Positions 1 to 8,989 of a stretch of 24,000 nt of DNA are shown piece by piece; position 1 is the first letter of the stretch, and every line of letters starts with the position of its first letter. A program made the translations under genes and the position numbers. The notes under the pieces are model-generated. The model did no database searches and was not told the origin of the DNA. It saw nothing but the letters and a program-made list of their open reading frames with translations. Source of the DNA: Intestinibacter sp. (GTDB lineage: Bacteria; Bacillota; Clostridia; Peptostreptococcales; Peptostreptococcaceae); NCBI RefSeq assembly GCF_034113885.1, contig NZ_JAXEWM010000138.1, forward strand, positions 1,652 to 25,651. The letters are read 5' to 3'.

Positions 1-1284
1 AAACATGTAAAGGCTGGCGACTTCGTATATATAGACGGTGGAGCTACCCATGAGACACATAATATAGGTGAGGTTCCTCTTAGAGAATTACTAGTCTCAA
101 ATCCAGTCATAGTAAATAACTACGACTATGAAGGACAAAAACTAGATGGATTAAAAAGCATAATAGAGACGATACAAACTCAATTTATAGAGCCACTAAA
201 TATACCTATAACCATTTACGATTCTTCATGGAATCTACTTTTGCAGACGAAATGCTTTAACAATTACTGTATAAGAACATGTGGATTATTAAATGGTAGG
301 TTTAAATATTGTGAATGTTTAACTCCTAAAAATAATTCAGAGGACGAGCAGTATTCGTTTAAATGCAGCCATGGACTGACTATTTACCACATACCTATAA
401 TTTACGAGGGCGATATAATAGGCTATATAAGAGGAGGCCACATACTGCTTGCATCAGACGGAAAGAAAAACGACCACAAGGATATTTACGATACTCCGAC
501 TGGAACAGCCATAAGTATAAATAGATTGCTTATTCAAATCGCAAAGAGCATAGTAAATTACTATGGATTTACAAATTTAAGAAATGAAGTCCAAGAGAAA
601 AATATGGCTATAGAAAAAACTTCAAAATTAGGAGAAGAATTAAAAAACAACCTAATAAAGGAAAAAGAAAAGGTCACAAATTTGAAGATAAATCATCATT
701 TTCTATTCAATACTTTAAATTCTATGGCTAGTATGGCGCTTGAAAATGATTGTTTTGACCTATATAGTGCTATAATTGATTTAAGTAAGCTTTTTAGATA
801 TACGATGAAGGTAGAATCTGAGTTTACTGAGCTTGAGAAGGAAATAGATTATGTAAAAAAATATTTAAATCTTCAAAAAATAAGATATGGAGATGAGCTT
901 GAAATAGAGTACGATTTAGATGAGACATATAATAATATAAGAGTACCATTTAATTTTTTACAGCCGATAGTAGAGAATGCATTTGTCCATGGATTTAAAG
1001 ACAGCGTAGATAAGAAGAAAATGAAAATTTCTACCGGATTATATAAAGGTAGACTTAGAATAGTTGTAAAAAATAACGGCTCGTACTTATCTGATCACGA
1101 TGTTTGCGTAGTTATACAAAAAATACACAGCAACAGCGGTCACGGATTATCTTTAATACACAATAAGCTACAGTTTGCATTTGGGAACAACTTCAAGATG
1201 GATGTCATCTCAAATGAAAAGGATCAGACTAATTTTATTTTAGATATTCCAATAATCAATATAACAAAAAATTATAACTTATAG
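1..1284 (+). CDS. Sensor histidine kinase, 5'-truncated by the window edge (cupin-like fragment + PocR sensory domain + LytS/YesM-type His_kinase + HATPase_c)
   Basis: Frame 1 has no stop codon between nt 1 and the TTG at 241 used by the ORF track, so the ORF runs off the left edge. The extra translation is KHVKAGDFVYIDGGATHETHNIGEVPL..., which looks cupin-like. A Cys-rich PocR-like segment follows (CFNNYC..CECL..FKCSHGL..GGHILL). Kinase motifs: H-box HHFLFNTLNSMASMA, N-box QPIVENAFVHG, G-box GHGLSLIH. Confidence 0.85.
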   Translation, partial: KHVKAGDFVYIDGGATHETHNIGEVPLRELLVSNPVIVNNYDYEGQKLDGLKSIIETIQTQFIEPLNIPITIYDSSWNLLLQTKCFNNYCIRTCGLLNGRFKYCECLTPKNNSEDEQYSFKCSHGLTIYHIPIIYEGDIIGYIRGGHILLASDGKKNDHKDIYDTPTGTAISINRLLIQIAKSIVNYYGFTNLRNEVQEKNMAIEKTSKLGEELKNNLIKEKEKVTNLKINHHFLFNTLNSMASMALENDCFDLYSAIIDLSKLFRYTMKVESEFTELEKEIDYVKKYLNLQKIRYGDELEIEYDLDETYNNIRVPFNFLQPIVENAFVHGFKDSVDKKKMKISTGLYKGRLRIVVKNNGSYLSDHDVCVVIQKIHSNSGHGLSLIHNKLQFAFGNNFKMDVISNEKDQTNFILDIPIINITKNYNL

Positions 1285-1294
1285 GAGGAAGATA

Positions 1295-2146
1295 ATGTTT
1301 GATAAAACTTATGTTACAAAGGATGTAGAAGTATTTGAAGGAGATAGCAAATTTTTACCAGATTTATTATATGCCGGTGTAGTAAGTCATGGAAGTAATT
1401 TAAATGGATTTATGTTAAAGGCTCAAGGAGAAGGACCTCATCCAACGGCATTATTATTACATGGATTTCCAGGCTACGACGATCCAATAGATCTAGCGCA
1501 TGCACTTAGAAGATGTGGTATGAATGTATTGAGATTTCACTACAGAGGTTGCTGGGGAGTAAAGGGAACTTATTCATTTACACATTGTATGGAGGACGTA
1601 AAGGCTGGAATAGATTATTTAGTCGATGAAAATACAGTAAAACAATTCAATATAGATACAAATAATATATTTTTAATAGGACACAGCATGGGTGGATTTA
1701 TGACATTAACTCATGCCTGCGATGAAAGAATAAAGGCATCTGTAGCTATAAGCCCATACGATTTCGGACTTATAGGAAAAATAGGTCATTACGATGAAAA
1801 AGAAAAAAACGAAGCATTTGAAATGTACAAAACTGCTCAAGCTCCTCTAAACGGAACAAGTGCAGAAGCCTTAATGCAAGAATGTCTAGATAACGGAGAT
1901 AAGTGGAATCTTCCAGATAAGGCAGAAGCTCTAGCAAACGAAAAGCTTCTTATAACTGTTGGAACTAGAGATACAGTCAGTAAAAAATGCTTACACCACG
2001 ATAAATTAGCTAGCGAAATTAAAAAATACAACAAAAACAATTTAACAGAAGCATTTGCAGATACAGATCACTCTTACGCCAACAAGAGAGTTTGGCTAGC
2101 TCAAACAGTAGCTGAATTTTTAGAAAAAATAATAAATGAAAAATAG
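1295..2146 (+). CDS. Alpha/beta-fold hydrolase (dienelactone hydrolase / S9-like esterase family)
   Basis: AGGAGG (1283-1288) lies 6 nt before the ATG. Nucleophile elbow GHSMGG, LLHGFPG oxyanion-type motif and a C-terminal DTDHS (Asp/His) are present. The gene sits between the kinase and response-regulator genes. Confidence 0.8.
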   Translation: MFDKTYVTKDVEVFEGDSKFLPDLLYAGVVSHGSNLNGFMLKAQGEGPHPTALLLHGFPGYDDPIDLAHALRRCGMNVLRFHYRGCWGVKGTYSFTHCMEDVKAGIDYLVDENTVKQFNIDTNNIFLIGHSMGGFMTLTHACDERIKASVAISPYDFGLIGKIGHYDEKEKNEAFEMYKTAQAPLNGTSAEALMQECLDNGDKWNLPDKAEALANEKLLITVGTRDTVSKKCLHHDKLASEIKKYNKNNLTEAFADTDHSYANKRVWLAQTVAEFLEKIINEK

Positions 2147-2204
2147 AGATATCTGATTTGATAGATATGTAATAATTATAAATAAAAACTGAGGAGAGAC
2201 GAAA

Positions 2205-2891
2205 TTGATAAAAACAGTAATTATAGATGATGAACCAGCAGTAGTTTCTATTATTAAGTATTTTGTAAAAAAAGAGAATTTACCTCTTGATATAGTCGGG
2301 ACTGCGAGCAGAGGAGATGAAGGAATAGAGCTTATAAACAAATTAAACCCTCAGCTAGTATTTTTAGATATAAAGATGCCTGTAGTAGATGGATTCGAAG
2401 TTATGAAGTCTGTCTCAGATACAAAATTTATAGTTATAACTGCATTTGAATCGTTTGAATACGCTCAACAATCCTTGCGCCTTGGAGCAAAGGATATAAT
2501 ACTAAAGCCTATTGAATTCGAGCAGCTTACAGCATCTATTAATAGAGTTATGGGATGGAAGTTTACATCTAATAATACTGTAAACGATGTAATACAATAT
2601 ATTCATTCAAATTACGATAAAAAAATAGAACTTAAAGCTATAGCAGCTAACTTGTATTTATCTCCTGACTATATATCGAAGCTATTTAAAACTCATATGG
2701 GAACTACTATAAATAAATACATAAATAAGGTACGTATAGATAAGGCGATAGAATTATTCGATAACGGTGAATTAAGCGTAAAGGAGGTCGCCCTTATGAC
2801 TGGATACGACAGCTTGAATAATTTCTATAAAAATTTTAAAAATGCGACAGGAAAGACGCCTGCTATGTACCTTTCTGAAAAAAATAAATAA
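2205..2891 (+). CDS. Response regulator, REC domain + AraC-type HTH (YesN-like)
   Basis: TTG start preceded by GAGGAGAG. REC motifs: IIDDE acidic pocket, FLDIKMP phospho-acceptor Asp, ILKP. The C-terminal AraC HTH reads VKEVALMTGYDSLNNFYKNFKNATGKTPAMY. Confidence 0.85.
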   Translation: MIKTVIIDDEPAVVSIIKYFVKKENLPLDIVGTASRGDEGIELINKLNPQLVFLDIKMPVVDGFEVMKSVSDTKFIVITAFESFEYAQQSLRLGAKDIILKPIEFEQLTASINRVMGWKFTSNNTVNDVIQYIHSNYDKKIELKAIAANLYLSPDYISKLFKTHMGTTINKYINKVRIDKAIELFDNGELSVKEVALMTGYDSLNNFYKNFKNATGKTPAMYLSEKNK

Positions 2892-2914
2892 AGATAGTTT
2901 TAGGAAGTGAAGAT

Positions 2915-4225
2915 ATGAAAGTTGCTTTGATTGCGCCAGTGTATACGGCAAATGTTATAAAAGATATTGTTGAACAAAATATAGATGATATAGATGTTGA
3001 TTTTGTTATTTACGACGATTATACAAAAGCAATCGAAATTGTAGGAAGTATACAGAAAAAGTACGATGCAATAATGTTTGTCGGTGTAGTAGTTTATAAA
3101 TTTGTGAAATCCTATTTGAAAGAGGAGTGTATATGGGGGTATTTTCCTCTACATGAAAGCTCTCTATCTATTGCTTTTTTAAAAGCATTGTATTTAAAAA
3201 AGAACATAAAAAATATAAGCATAGATACATATTCAAAAAATACTATTGAAGAGGTGTACAAAGCCATCGGTATAGATGTAGATGATGTAAATATTATGCT
3301 TTATGAAGTAGATGAATATAGAAACGATATAACAGAAGAGGCTATCGATTTTCACAAAGGTAACTTAGAAAAATACGACGATGTTTGTATAATTACGGCC
3401 TTGAGTGATGTAAAAAAGCTTCTTGATGATGAAAATATCGATAGTTATATGGTAACACCTACTAAAAGTATTATAGTAGATAGCTTTCAAAATTTATATT
3501 TAAAATACACAGCCAAGATAAATGCAAACAGTATGGTTGTAGCTATTTTTGTAGAAATAGATTTTCCAGACTCTTATTCTATAATAAGTAGAAATGAGTA
3601 TTATTATGTGAAGGAGAAAAATAAAGTTACAGAGAGTATTTATGAATTTGCAAATAAAATAGAGGCTGCTGTAATTGAGTTTAGCTATAATACATATATA
3701 ATGATTTCTACAAAAAAAATACTGGAAACAGAGACAGAAAATTATACAAAAATAGATTTGTTAAAGAATATTGGAGAGAATTCCTTAAATAAAATTTCAA
3801 TGGGAATTGGATATGGTAAGACTGCAAGTGAAGCTAAGTACAAGGCTAACGATGCTGTGAGAAAGGCTAAAGGGTATCCAAATGAAAATGTCGCCTATAT
3901 TATCTATGAGGATGGAAGAATTATCGGACCTGTAAAGGCGAATATAGAGAATAAAAAGGAAATAGCAGTTAACGACAGATTAATTAAAATAGCAGAGATA
4001 ACAAATGTGAGCATAAAAAAGATATTGGCTTTTTATAATGCTATAGATATATGTAAAAAAGATAGATTCACGGCAGACGAACTGTCAAAGCAATGTGATA
4101 TGTCATATAGAACTGTAAACAGAGCTATTAACAAGCTAGAGAGCTATGGATATGTAGAGGTTGTGGGCAAGCATTTTGAAGATGGTTCAGGTAGACCGAG
4201 AAGAATAATAAAATTTAATTTTTAG
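2915..4225 (+). CDS. Putative transcriptional regulator: uncharacterised N-terminal domain, GGDEF-like remnant, C-terminal winged-helix HTH
   Basis: RBS AGGAAGTGA lies upstream of the ATG. ISMGIGYGKTASEAKYKANDAVRKAKG resembles the C-terminal end of a GGDEF fold (as in PucR/CdaR-type GGDEF-like modules), but I see no GG[DE]EF signature. FTADELSKQCDMSYRTVNRAINKLESYGYVEV is HTH-like. Confidence 0.45.
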   Translation: MKVALIAPVYTANVIKDIVEQNIDDIDVDFVIYDDYTKAIEIVGSIQKKYDAIMFVGVVVYKFVKSYLKEECIWGYFPLHESSLSIAFLKALYLKKNIKNISIDTYSKNTIEEVYKAIGIDVDDVNIMLYEVDEYRNDITEEAIDFHKGNLEKYDDVCIITALSDVKKLLDDENIDSYMVTPTKSIIVDSFQNLYLKYTAKINANSMVVAIFVEIDFPDSYSIISRNEYYYVKEKNKVTESIYEFANKIEAAVIEFSYNTYIMISTKKILETETENYTKIDLLKNIGENSLNKISMGIGYGKTASEAKYKANDAVRKAKGYPNENVAYIIYEDGRIIGPVKANIENKKEIAVNDRLIKIAEITNVSIKKILAFYNAIDICKKDRFTADELSKQCDMSYRTVNRAINKLESYGYVEVVGKHFEDGSGRPRRIIKFNF

Positions 4226-4236
4226 CAATATTAAAA

Positions 4237-4284
4237 AGATATATTAAAAATGTGATAATCCAAAAATTTTAATATGTCTTTTTT
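4237..4284 (+). terminator. AT-rich intrinsic terminator after the regulator gene
   Basis: AGATATATTAAAA (4237-4249) pairs with TTTTAATATGTCT (4267-4279), 13 bp including one G-U wobble, and is followed by a T-run. Confidence 0.5.
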
Positions 4285-4653
4285 ATTGTAAATGACTAAA
4301 TATACAAAAAATATAGAAAATTTCAAAAAAACAATTCGCATATATTTTAGGAAAATATTTATCGATAAGTTAATAATATAGAAAATTTATAATACAAATA
4401 AATACAAAAAAAATAAGATGAAATTTTTGTAAAAAAAAAATTATTTTGTAAAAACTTAGTATTTCCAACGGTTAAAAAAAAATTTAACTTGTAATAATAT
4501 TTTTAATTATGTAAAAAAATGTATTTATTTTTAGAATTATTGACATTTTTGTGTCATTTTAAAGTCAAATGTGTTATCCTATAATTTAGATATATACATA
4601 AATTGTATAATTTAGAAATTAATTGAAGTGAAAGTTTAATGGGGAGGCAAGTT

Positions 4654-5832
4654 ATGAACCAAAAATTAGAAGATTTATGGGAAAAGCATTATGAAAGGGT
4701 ATATGAAATAAGACATCAAATTCATATGCATCCAGAAGTAGGATTTGAAGAATATGAAACTTCTAAATTAATAGCATCTGAATTAGAAAAATTAGGAATT
4801 GAAGTTACTAAAAATGTAGCAAAAACTGGTGTTGTAGGTTTAATAAAAGGAGGACATCCTGGAAAAACTGTAGCACTTAGAGCTGATATGGATGCGCTTA
4901 GAGTAAATGAAGAATCAAACTGTGAATTTAAATCTAAGGTTCCTGGAGTAATGCATGCTTGTGGACATGATGGACATACAGCAAGTCTTTTAGGCGTTGC
5001 GATGATGCTAAACGAAATAAAAGATGAATTACACGGTAATGTAAAATTAGTATTCCAACCAGCAGAAGAAGTTGAAGGTGGAGCATTGCCAATGATTAAT
5101 GATGGAGTTTTAGAAAATCCAAAGGTAGACGCAATATTCGGTGGACATCTATGGGGAAGTGTTGAAGCAGGAAAGGTTACAGTAAAACATGGAGCTATGA
5201 TGGCATCACCTGATATATTTACAGTAAAAATAATAGGAAAAGGTGGACACGGTGGAGTACCTCATGCAACTGTAGATCCAGTTCCAATGATGGCACAGGT
5301 TATAAATGCTTTCCAAACTATAGTTAGTAGAAAGAATGATCCAACAAATCCACTTGTAATATCTTGTTGTAACGTGCATTCTGGTGAATGTCACAATGCT
5401 ATACCAACAGAAGCTATAATCCAAGGAACAGTCAGAACTTTAAATGAAGAAACTAGAACTTGGGCAGAAAAAACAATGGAACAATTCGTAAAAGGTATAG
5501 TTGAACCTCAAGGTGCTAGCTATGAATTTGAATTTATTAGACAATTCCCACCTCTAATAAATGACAAAGAAGCTACAGATGTATTAGAAGCAGCTGCTAA
5601 GAAAATAGTAGGAGATGAAAATGTATACGAGCTTCCTACACCATCTATGGGTGGCGAAGATTTCGCATTTTTCGCTGAAAGAGTACCTGCATCATTTGCA
5701 TTTGTAGGAATGGCTGAAGATATAAATAATCCTATATTGCATCACAATGCTAAATTTGCTTGGGAAGATAAGCATATGAAAAACTTATCACTAAGCTTAG
5801 CACAGGCTGCTATAGATTATTTAAATAAATAA
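4654..5832 (+). CDS. M20D-family amidohydrolase (N-acyl-amino-acid / hippurate hydrolase-like)
   Basis: The ORF track starts at ATG 4639, but GGGGAGG (4641-4647) sits 6 nt before the in-frame ATG 4654 (MNQKLEDL...), so 4654 is preferred. Motifs: HPEVGFEEYETS, ALRADMDAL, MHACGHDGH, FQPAEE, GGEDFA. Confidence 0.85.
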   Translation: MNQKLEDLWEKHYERVYEIRHQIHMHPEVGFEEYETSKLIASELEKLGIEVTKNVAKTGVVGLIKGGHPGKTVALRADMDALRVNEESNCEFKSKVPGVMHACGHDGHTASLLGVAMMLNEIKDELHGNVKLVFQPAEEVEGGALPMINDGVLENPKVDAIFGGHLWGSVEAGKVTVKHGAMMASPDIFTVKIIGKGGHGGVPHATVDPVPMMAQVINAFQTIVSRKNDPTNPLVISCCNVHSGECHNAIPTEAIIQGTVRTLNEETRTWAEKTMEQFVKGIVEPQGASYEFEFIRQFPPLINDKEATDVLEAAAKKIVGDENVYELPTPSMGGEDFAFFAERVPASFAFVGMAEDINNPILHHNAKFAWEDKHMKNLSLSLAQAAIDYLNK

Positions 5833-5853
5833 ATATAAAGGGAGGTTTTCGTT

Positions 5854-7395
5854 TTGGAAAAGAAACAAGCTACCGCAGAAAAACAAAGTCTGTTTATGAG
5901 ATTCTTAAATGGAGTAGAAAGAGTTGGTAATAAACTACCAGACCCAGTAACAATATTCTTCATTTTATGGTTTGTTGTCATTGCTATATCAGCTATAGTA
6001 GCAAAATCTGGTGTTACAGCAGTACATCCAGGTACAGGAGAAACTGTTGTAGGGGTAAACTTATTATCAAAAGAACAAATGCAATTATTCTTAACAAGTA
6101 TACTTACTAACTTTACAGGATTTGCACCTTTAGGACTAGTTTTAGTTACAATGCTTGGTGCAGGTCTAGCAGAAAAAGTAGGAATGATGGAAGTAATGTT
6201 AAAATCAGTTACAGACAAAATTCCTAAAAAATTAGTTACAGCTGCAGTTATATTCATAGGTATAATGGCTAATGCTGTTGCTGATGCTGGTTTCGTTGTA
6301 TTCCCACCATTAGCTGCATTAATTTACATAGGAATCGGTAGACATCCATTAACTGGTATGTTCGCTGCATATGCAGGTGTTGCTGCAGGTTTCTCAGCTA
6401 ACTTAATCATCTCAATGCTAGATGCTTTAGTTGCAGGATTTACTATACCAGCTGCACAAATAATCGATCCTAGCTATACAAGTACTCCAGCAATGAACTA
6501 CTATTTCTTAATAGTATCATGCTTCATATTAACAGCTATAGGTACATTTGTAACTGAAAGATACATAGCACCACGTTTTGATGGAACTCCATATGAAGAT
6601 ACTGGATACGATGCTAGTGCAGAAGTTACACCAGCAGAAAAGAAAGGTTTAAAATGTGCTGGTATAGCAGTTTTAATTTACATAGTAATAGTAGTTGCAT
6701 TATGTATAGGACCTAACGCATTCATGAAAGATCCAGAAACAGGTTCATTATTAGCATCAGCTGCTCCATTAATGGCAGGTATGGTTCCACTTATCACTTT
6801 ATTATTCTTCATACCTGGTGTTATATATGGTGTAGTTGCTGGTAAAATCAAAAATGATAAAGATGTAGCAGCTTTATTATATGAATCAATGGCTGGTATG
6901 GGATCTTACATAGTTTTAGCATTTGCTGCAGGTCAATTCTTAGCATTATTCAACTCATCAAATATGAGTGCATTACTTGCTATAAAAGGTGCTGAATGGT
7001 TAAAGAATATAGGATTAACTGGTCCAGTTCTAATAATAGCATTCGTTATATTCGCTTGCTTCATAAACATGTTCGTAGGAAGCTGTTCTGCTAAATGGGC
7101 TATAATGGCTCCAATATTCGTTCCAATGTTTATGTTATTAGGATATTCTCCAGCTTTAACTCAAATGGCTTACAGAATAGGTGATTCAATAACTAACCCA
7201 ATATCACCAATATTCACATACTTCCCAGTTATACTTGCTTATGCTAAGAAGTACGATAAGAATACTGGTATGGGTACAATAATGGCAGCTATGCTACCAT
7301 ATTCTATGATATTCCTTGTTGCTTGGATAGTATTACTATTAATATTCATGATAGCAAATATACCTCTAGGACCAAATGGAAATATTTACTTATAG
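5854..7395 (+). CDS. abgT: AbgT-family transporter (p-aminobenzoyl-glutamate transporter / MtrF family)
   Basis: TTG start 8 nt after GGGAGG. The N-terminal FLNGVERVGNKLPDPVTIFF matches the AbgT family signature as I remember it. The 513-aa protein is very hydrophobic and polytopic. Confidence 0.8.
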   Translation: MEKKQATAEKQSLFMRFLNGVERVGNKLPDPVTIFFILWFVVIAISAIVAKSGVTAVHPGTGETVVGVNLLSKEQMQLFLTSILTNFTGFAPLGLVLVTMLGAGLAEKVGMMEVMLKSVTDKIPKKLVTAAVIFIGIMANAVADAGFVVFPPLAALIYIGIGRHPLTGMFAAYAGVAAGFSANLIISMLDALVAGFTIPAAQIIDPSYTSTPAMNYYFLIVSCFILTAIGTFVTERYIAPRFDGTPYEDTGYDASAEVTPAEKKGLKCAGIAVLIYIVIVVALCIGPNAFMKDPETGSLLASAAPLMAGMVPLITLLFFIPGVIYGVVAGKIKNDKDVAALLYESMAGMGSYIVLAFAAGQFLALFNSSNMSALLAIKGAEWLKNIGLTGPVLIIAFVIFACFINMFVGSCSAKWAIMAPIFVPMFMLLGYSPALTQMAYRIGDSITNPISPIFTYFPVILAYAKKYDKNTGMGTIMAAMLPYSMIFLVAWIVLLLIFMIANIPLGPNGNIYL

Positions 7396-7462
7396 GGTAT
7401 AAAATACAGGATATAAATCTCGCAAATAAATTTTGATGTAGATTTAGATATAATTGACTAAT

Positions 7463-7500
7463 ATTAAAGAGCTATATCAATTTTGAGATAGCTCTTTAAT
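7463..7500 (+). terminator. Perfect 13-bp hairpin between the transporter and the second amidohydrolase (weak terminator, attenuator or processing site)
   Basis: ATTAAAGAGCTAT (7463-7475) pairs with ATAGCTCTTTAAT (7488-7500) around a 12-nt loop. The tail is TTAATTAA rather than a clean U-run. Confidence 0.4.
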
Positions 7501-7550
7501 TAATTAAAATAAAATTAATTAAGATTGATTAAAGAAAAGAGGAAATTAAA

Positions 7551-8723
7551 ATGGAAATAAAAGAATTAGCAAAGAAAAACAAAGATTATGTTATCTCATT
7601 GAGAAGACATTTCCATCAATATCCAGAAGCTAGTATGCAAGAATTTGAAACTAGTAAAAAAATAAAAGAGGAACTAGACAAAATGGGAATAGAATATGTA
7701 AGTGCTGGTGGAACTGGTGTTGTAGCTACTATAAAAGGTGCAAATCCAGGAAAAACAGTTGCTCTTAGAGCAGATATAGATGCTTTAAGCGTAGAAGAGC
7801 TTACAGATTTTGAATTCAAATCTAAAAATGAAGGTATGATGCATGCTTGTGGTCATGACTGTCATATATCTATGCTTTTAGGTGCTGCAAAGATACTTAA
7901 TGAAGTAAAGGATCAAATAAATGGTACTGTAAAATTATTATTCCAACCAGGTGAAGAAAATGCTAAGGGTGCATTTGCAATGATAGACGATGGAGCTCTT
8001 GATGGTGTAGACGGAATATTTGGTATGCATATATGGGCAGATGTTCCAGTAGGAAAAGTATCTATAGAACCTGGTCCAAGAATGGCATCTGCAGACTGGT
8101 TCTACATAAATGTAAAAGGTAAGGGTGGACATGGTTCTCAACCAGAAAATTGTATAGATGCTGTTGTTGCAAGTTCTGCTATAGTTATGAATTTACAATC
8201 AATAGTAAGTAGAGAAACAAAACCATCTAGTCCATTAGTTCTTACTGTAGGTATGTTAAATTCAGGAACTAGATTTAACGTTATAGCTGAAGATGGATAT
8301 ATGGAAGGTACTACTAGATGCTTCGATCCAGAGCTTAGAAAACAATTACCTGTAATGATGGAAAGAGTAATCAAAAATACTGCTGAAGCATACAGAGCAG
8401 AAGCTACATTAGATTTTGACTTTGCTGTTGCCCCAACAATAAATGATCCTCAATGTGCTGAAATAGGACAAGGTTCAGTTGAAAAAATATTAGGAAAAGA
8501 AGGAAACTACCACTTTGAAAAATTAACTGGTGGAGAAGATTTCGCTCACTACCTAGAACATGTTCCAGGTGCAATAGCATTTTTAGGTTGCAGAAACGAA
8601 GAAAAAGGATGCTGCTATGCTCATCACAACGGTAAATTTGCTATAGATGAAGATGCACTAGAAACAGGAGCTGCTTTATATGCTCAATATGCTGTAGATT
8701 TCTTAAATAAATACGAAAAATAA
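7551..8723 (+). CDS. M20D-family amidohydrolase, paralogue of 4654..5832
   Basis: RBS AAGAGGAAA. It carries the same motif set as the first copy: HQYPEASMQEFETS, ALRADIDAL, MHACGHDCH, FQPGEE, GGEDFA. Confidence 0.85.
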   Translation: MEIKELAKKNKDYVISLRRHFHQYPEASMQEFETSKKIKEELDKMGIEYVSAGGTGVVATIKGANPGKTVALRADIDALSVEELTDFEFKSKNEGMMHACGHDCHISMLLGAAKILNEVKDQINGTVKLLFQPGEENAKGAFAMIDDGALDGVDGIFGMHIWADVPVGKVSIEPGPRMASADWFYINVKGKGGHGSQPENCIDAVVASSAIVMNLQSIVSRETKPSSPLVLTVGMLNSGTRFNVIAEDGYMEGTTRCFDPELRKQLPVMMERVIKNTAEAYRAEATLDFDFAVAPTINDPQCAEIGQGSVEKILGKEGNYHFEKLTGGEDFAHYLEHVPGAIAFLGCRNEEKGCCYAHHNGKFAIDEDALETGAALYAQYAVDFLNKYEK

Positions 8724-8771
8724 TAGCTTAAATAAATATTATAGTAGATAAGTATTATAGTAAACTAAAAG

Positions 8772-8811
8772 CTGGCGAGGTAGATTTAAAATCTACTTTG
8801 TCAGTTTTTTT
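8772..8811 (+). terminator. Intrinsic terminator of the amidohydrolase/transporter cassette
   Basis: CTGGCGAGGTAGATT (8772-8786) pairs with AATCTACTTTGTCAG (8790-8804), about 15 bp with three G-U wobbles, followed by TTTTTTT (8805-8811). Confidence 0.75.
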
Positions 8812-8954
8812 GCTTGTCGAAAATTATAAAATATTTAATGAAAAATATCGATAATTATATATTTTTTAAAATATAATTCTATTATTAATATAAAAAAATA
8901 AATATTTTAGACAAAAATATCTGAAAAGATAAAAAAAAGTCCGGTTATGATACT

Positions 8955-8983
8955 TTGCATAGATGTATACATTGTGGTATTAT
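8955..8983 (+). promoter_or_regulatory. Sigma-A-type promoter: TTGCAT - 17 nt - TATTAT with TGn extended -10
   Basis: -35 TTGCAT at 8955-8960, an exactly 17-nt spacer, TG at 8975-8976, -10 TATTAT at 8978-8983. Confidence 0.6.
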
Positions 8984-8989
8984 ATATCT

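Noticed and set aside
1837-2341. Minus-strand ORFs 1837..2040 and 2120..2341 (67 and 73 aa)
   Set aside because: They lie antisense to well-supported + strand genes, have no RBS and have low-complexity composition. The same reasoning applies to the other antisense ORFs in the track: 5206..5424, 5817..6257, 7616..7819, 7938..8141, 8138..8374, 11213..11395, 11643..11837, 11923..12135, 12451..12639, 13448..13780, 13781..14011, 17174..17470, 20241..20489, 21064..21282 and 23604..23807.
4540-4585. Consensus TTGACA (4540-4545) and TATAAT (4580-4585) upstream of the first amidohydrolase, plus a TGACA-N6-TGTCA palindrome (4541-4556)
   Set aside because: The two hexamers are 34 nt apart, far from the 16-18 nt needed for one promoter. 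I could not pair either hexamer with a convincing partner. The 5-bp palindrome arms are too short to be significant in this AT-rich region.
8858-8875. Palindrome TATATTTT-tt-AAAATATA, resembling the arms of the shared operator at 10663 and 12743
   Set aside because: The spacing between half-sites is 2 nt rather than 5 nt, and the flanks are not conserved. Pure A/T palindromes of this kind are expected by chance in such AT-rich spacers.
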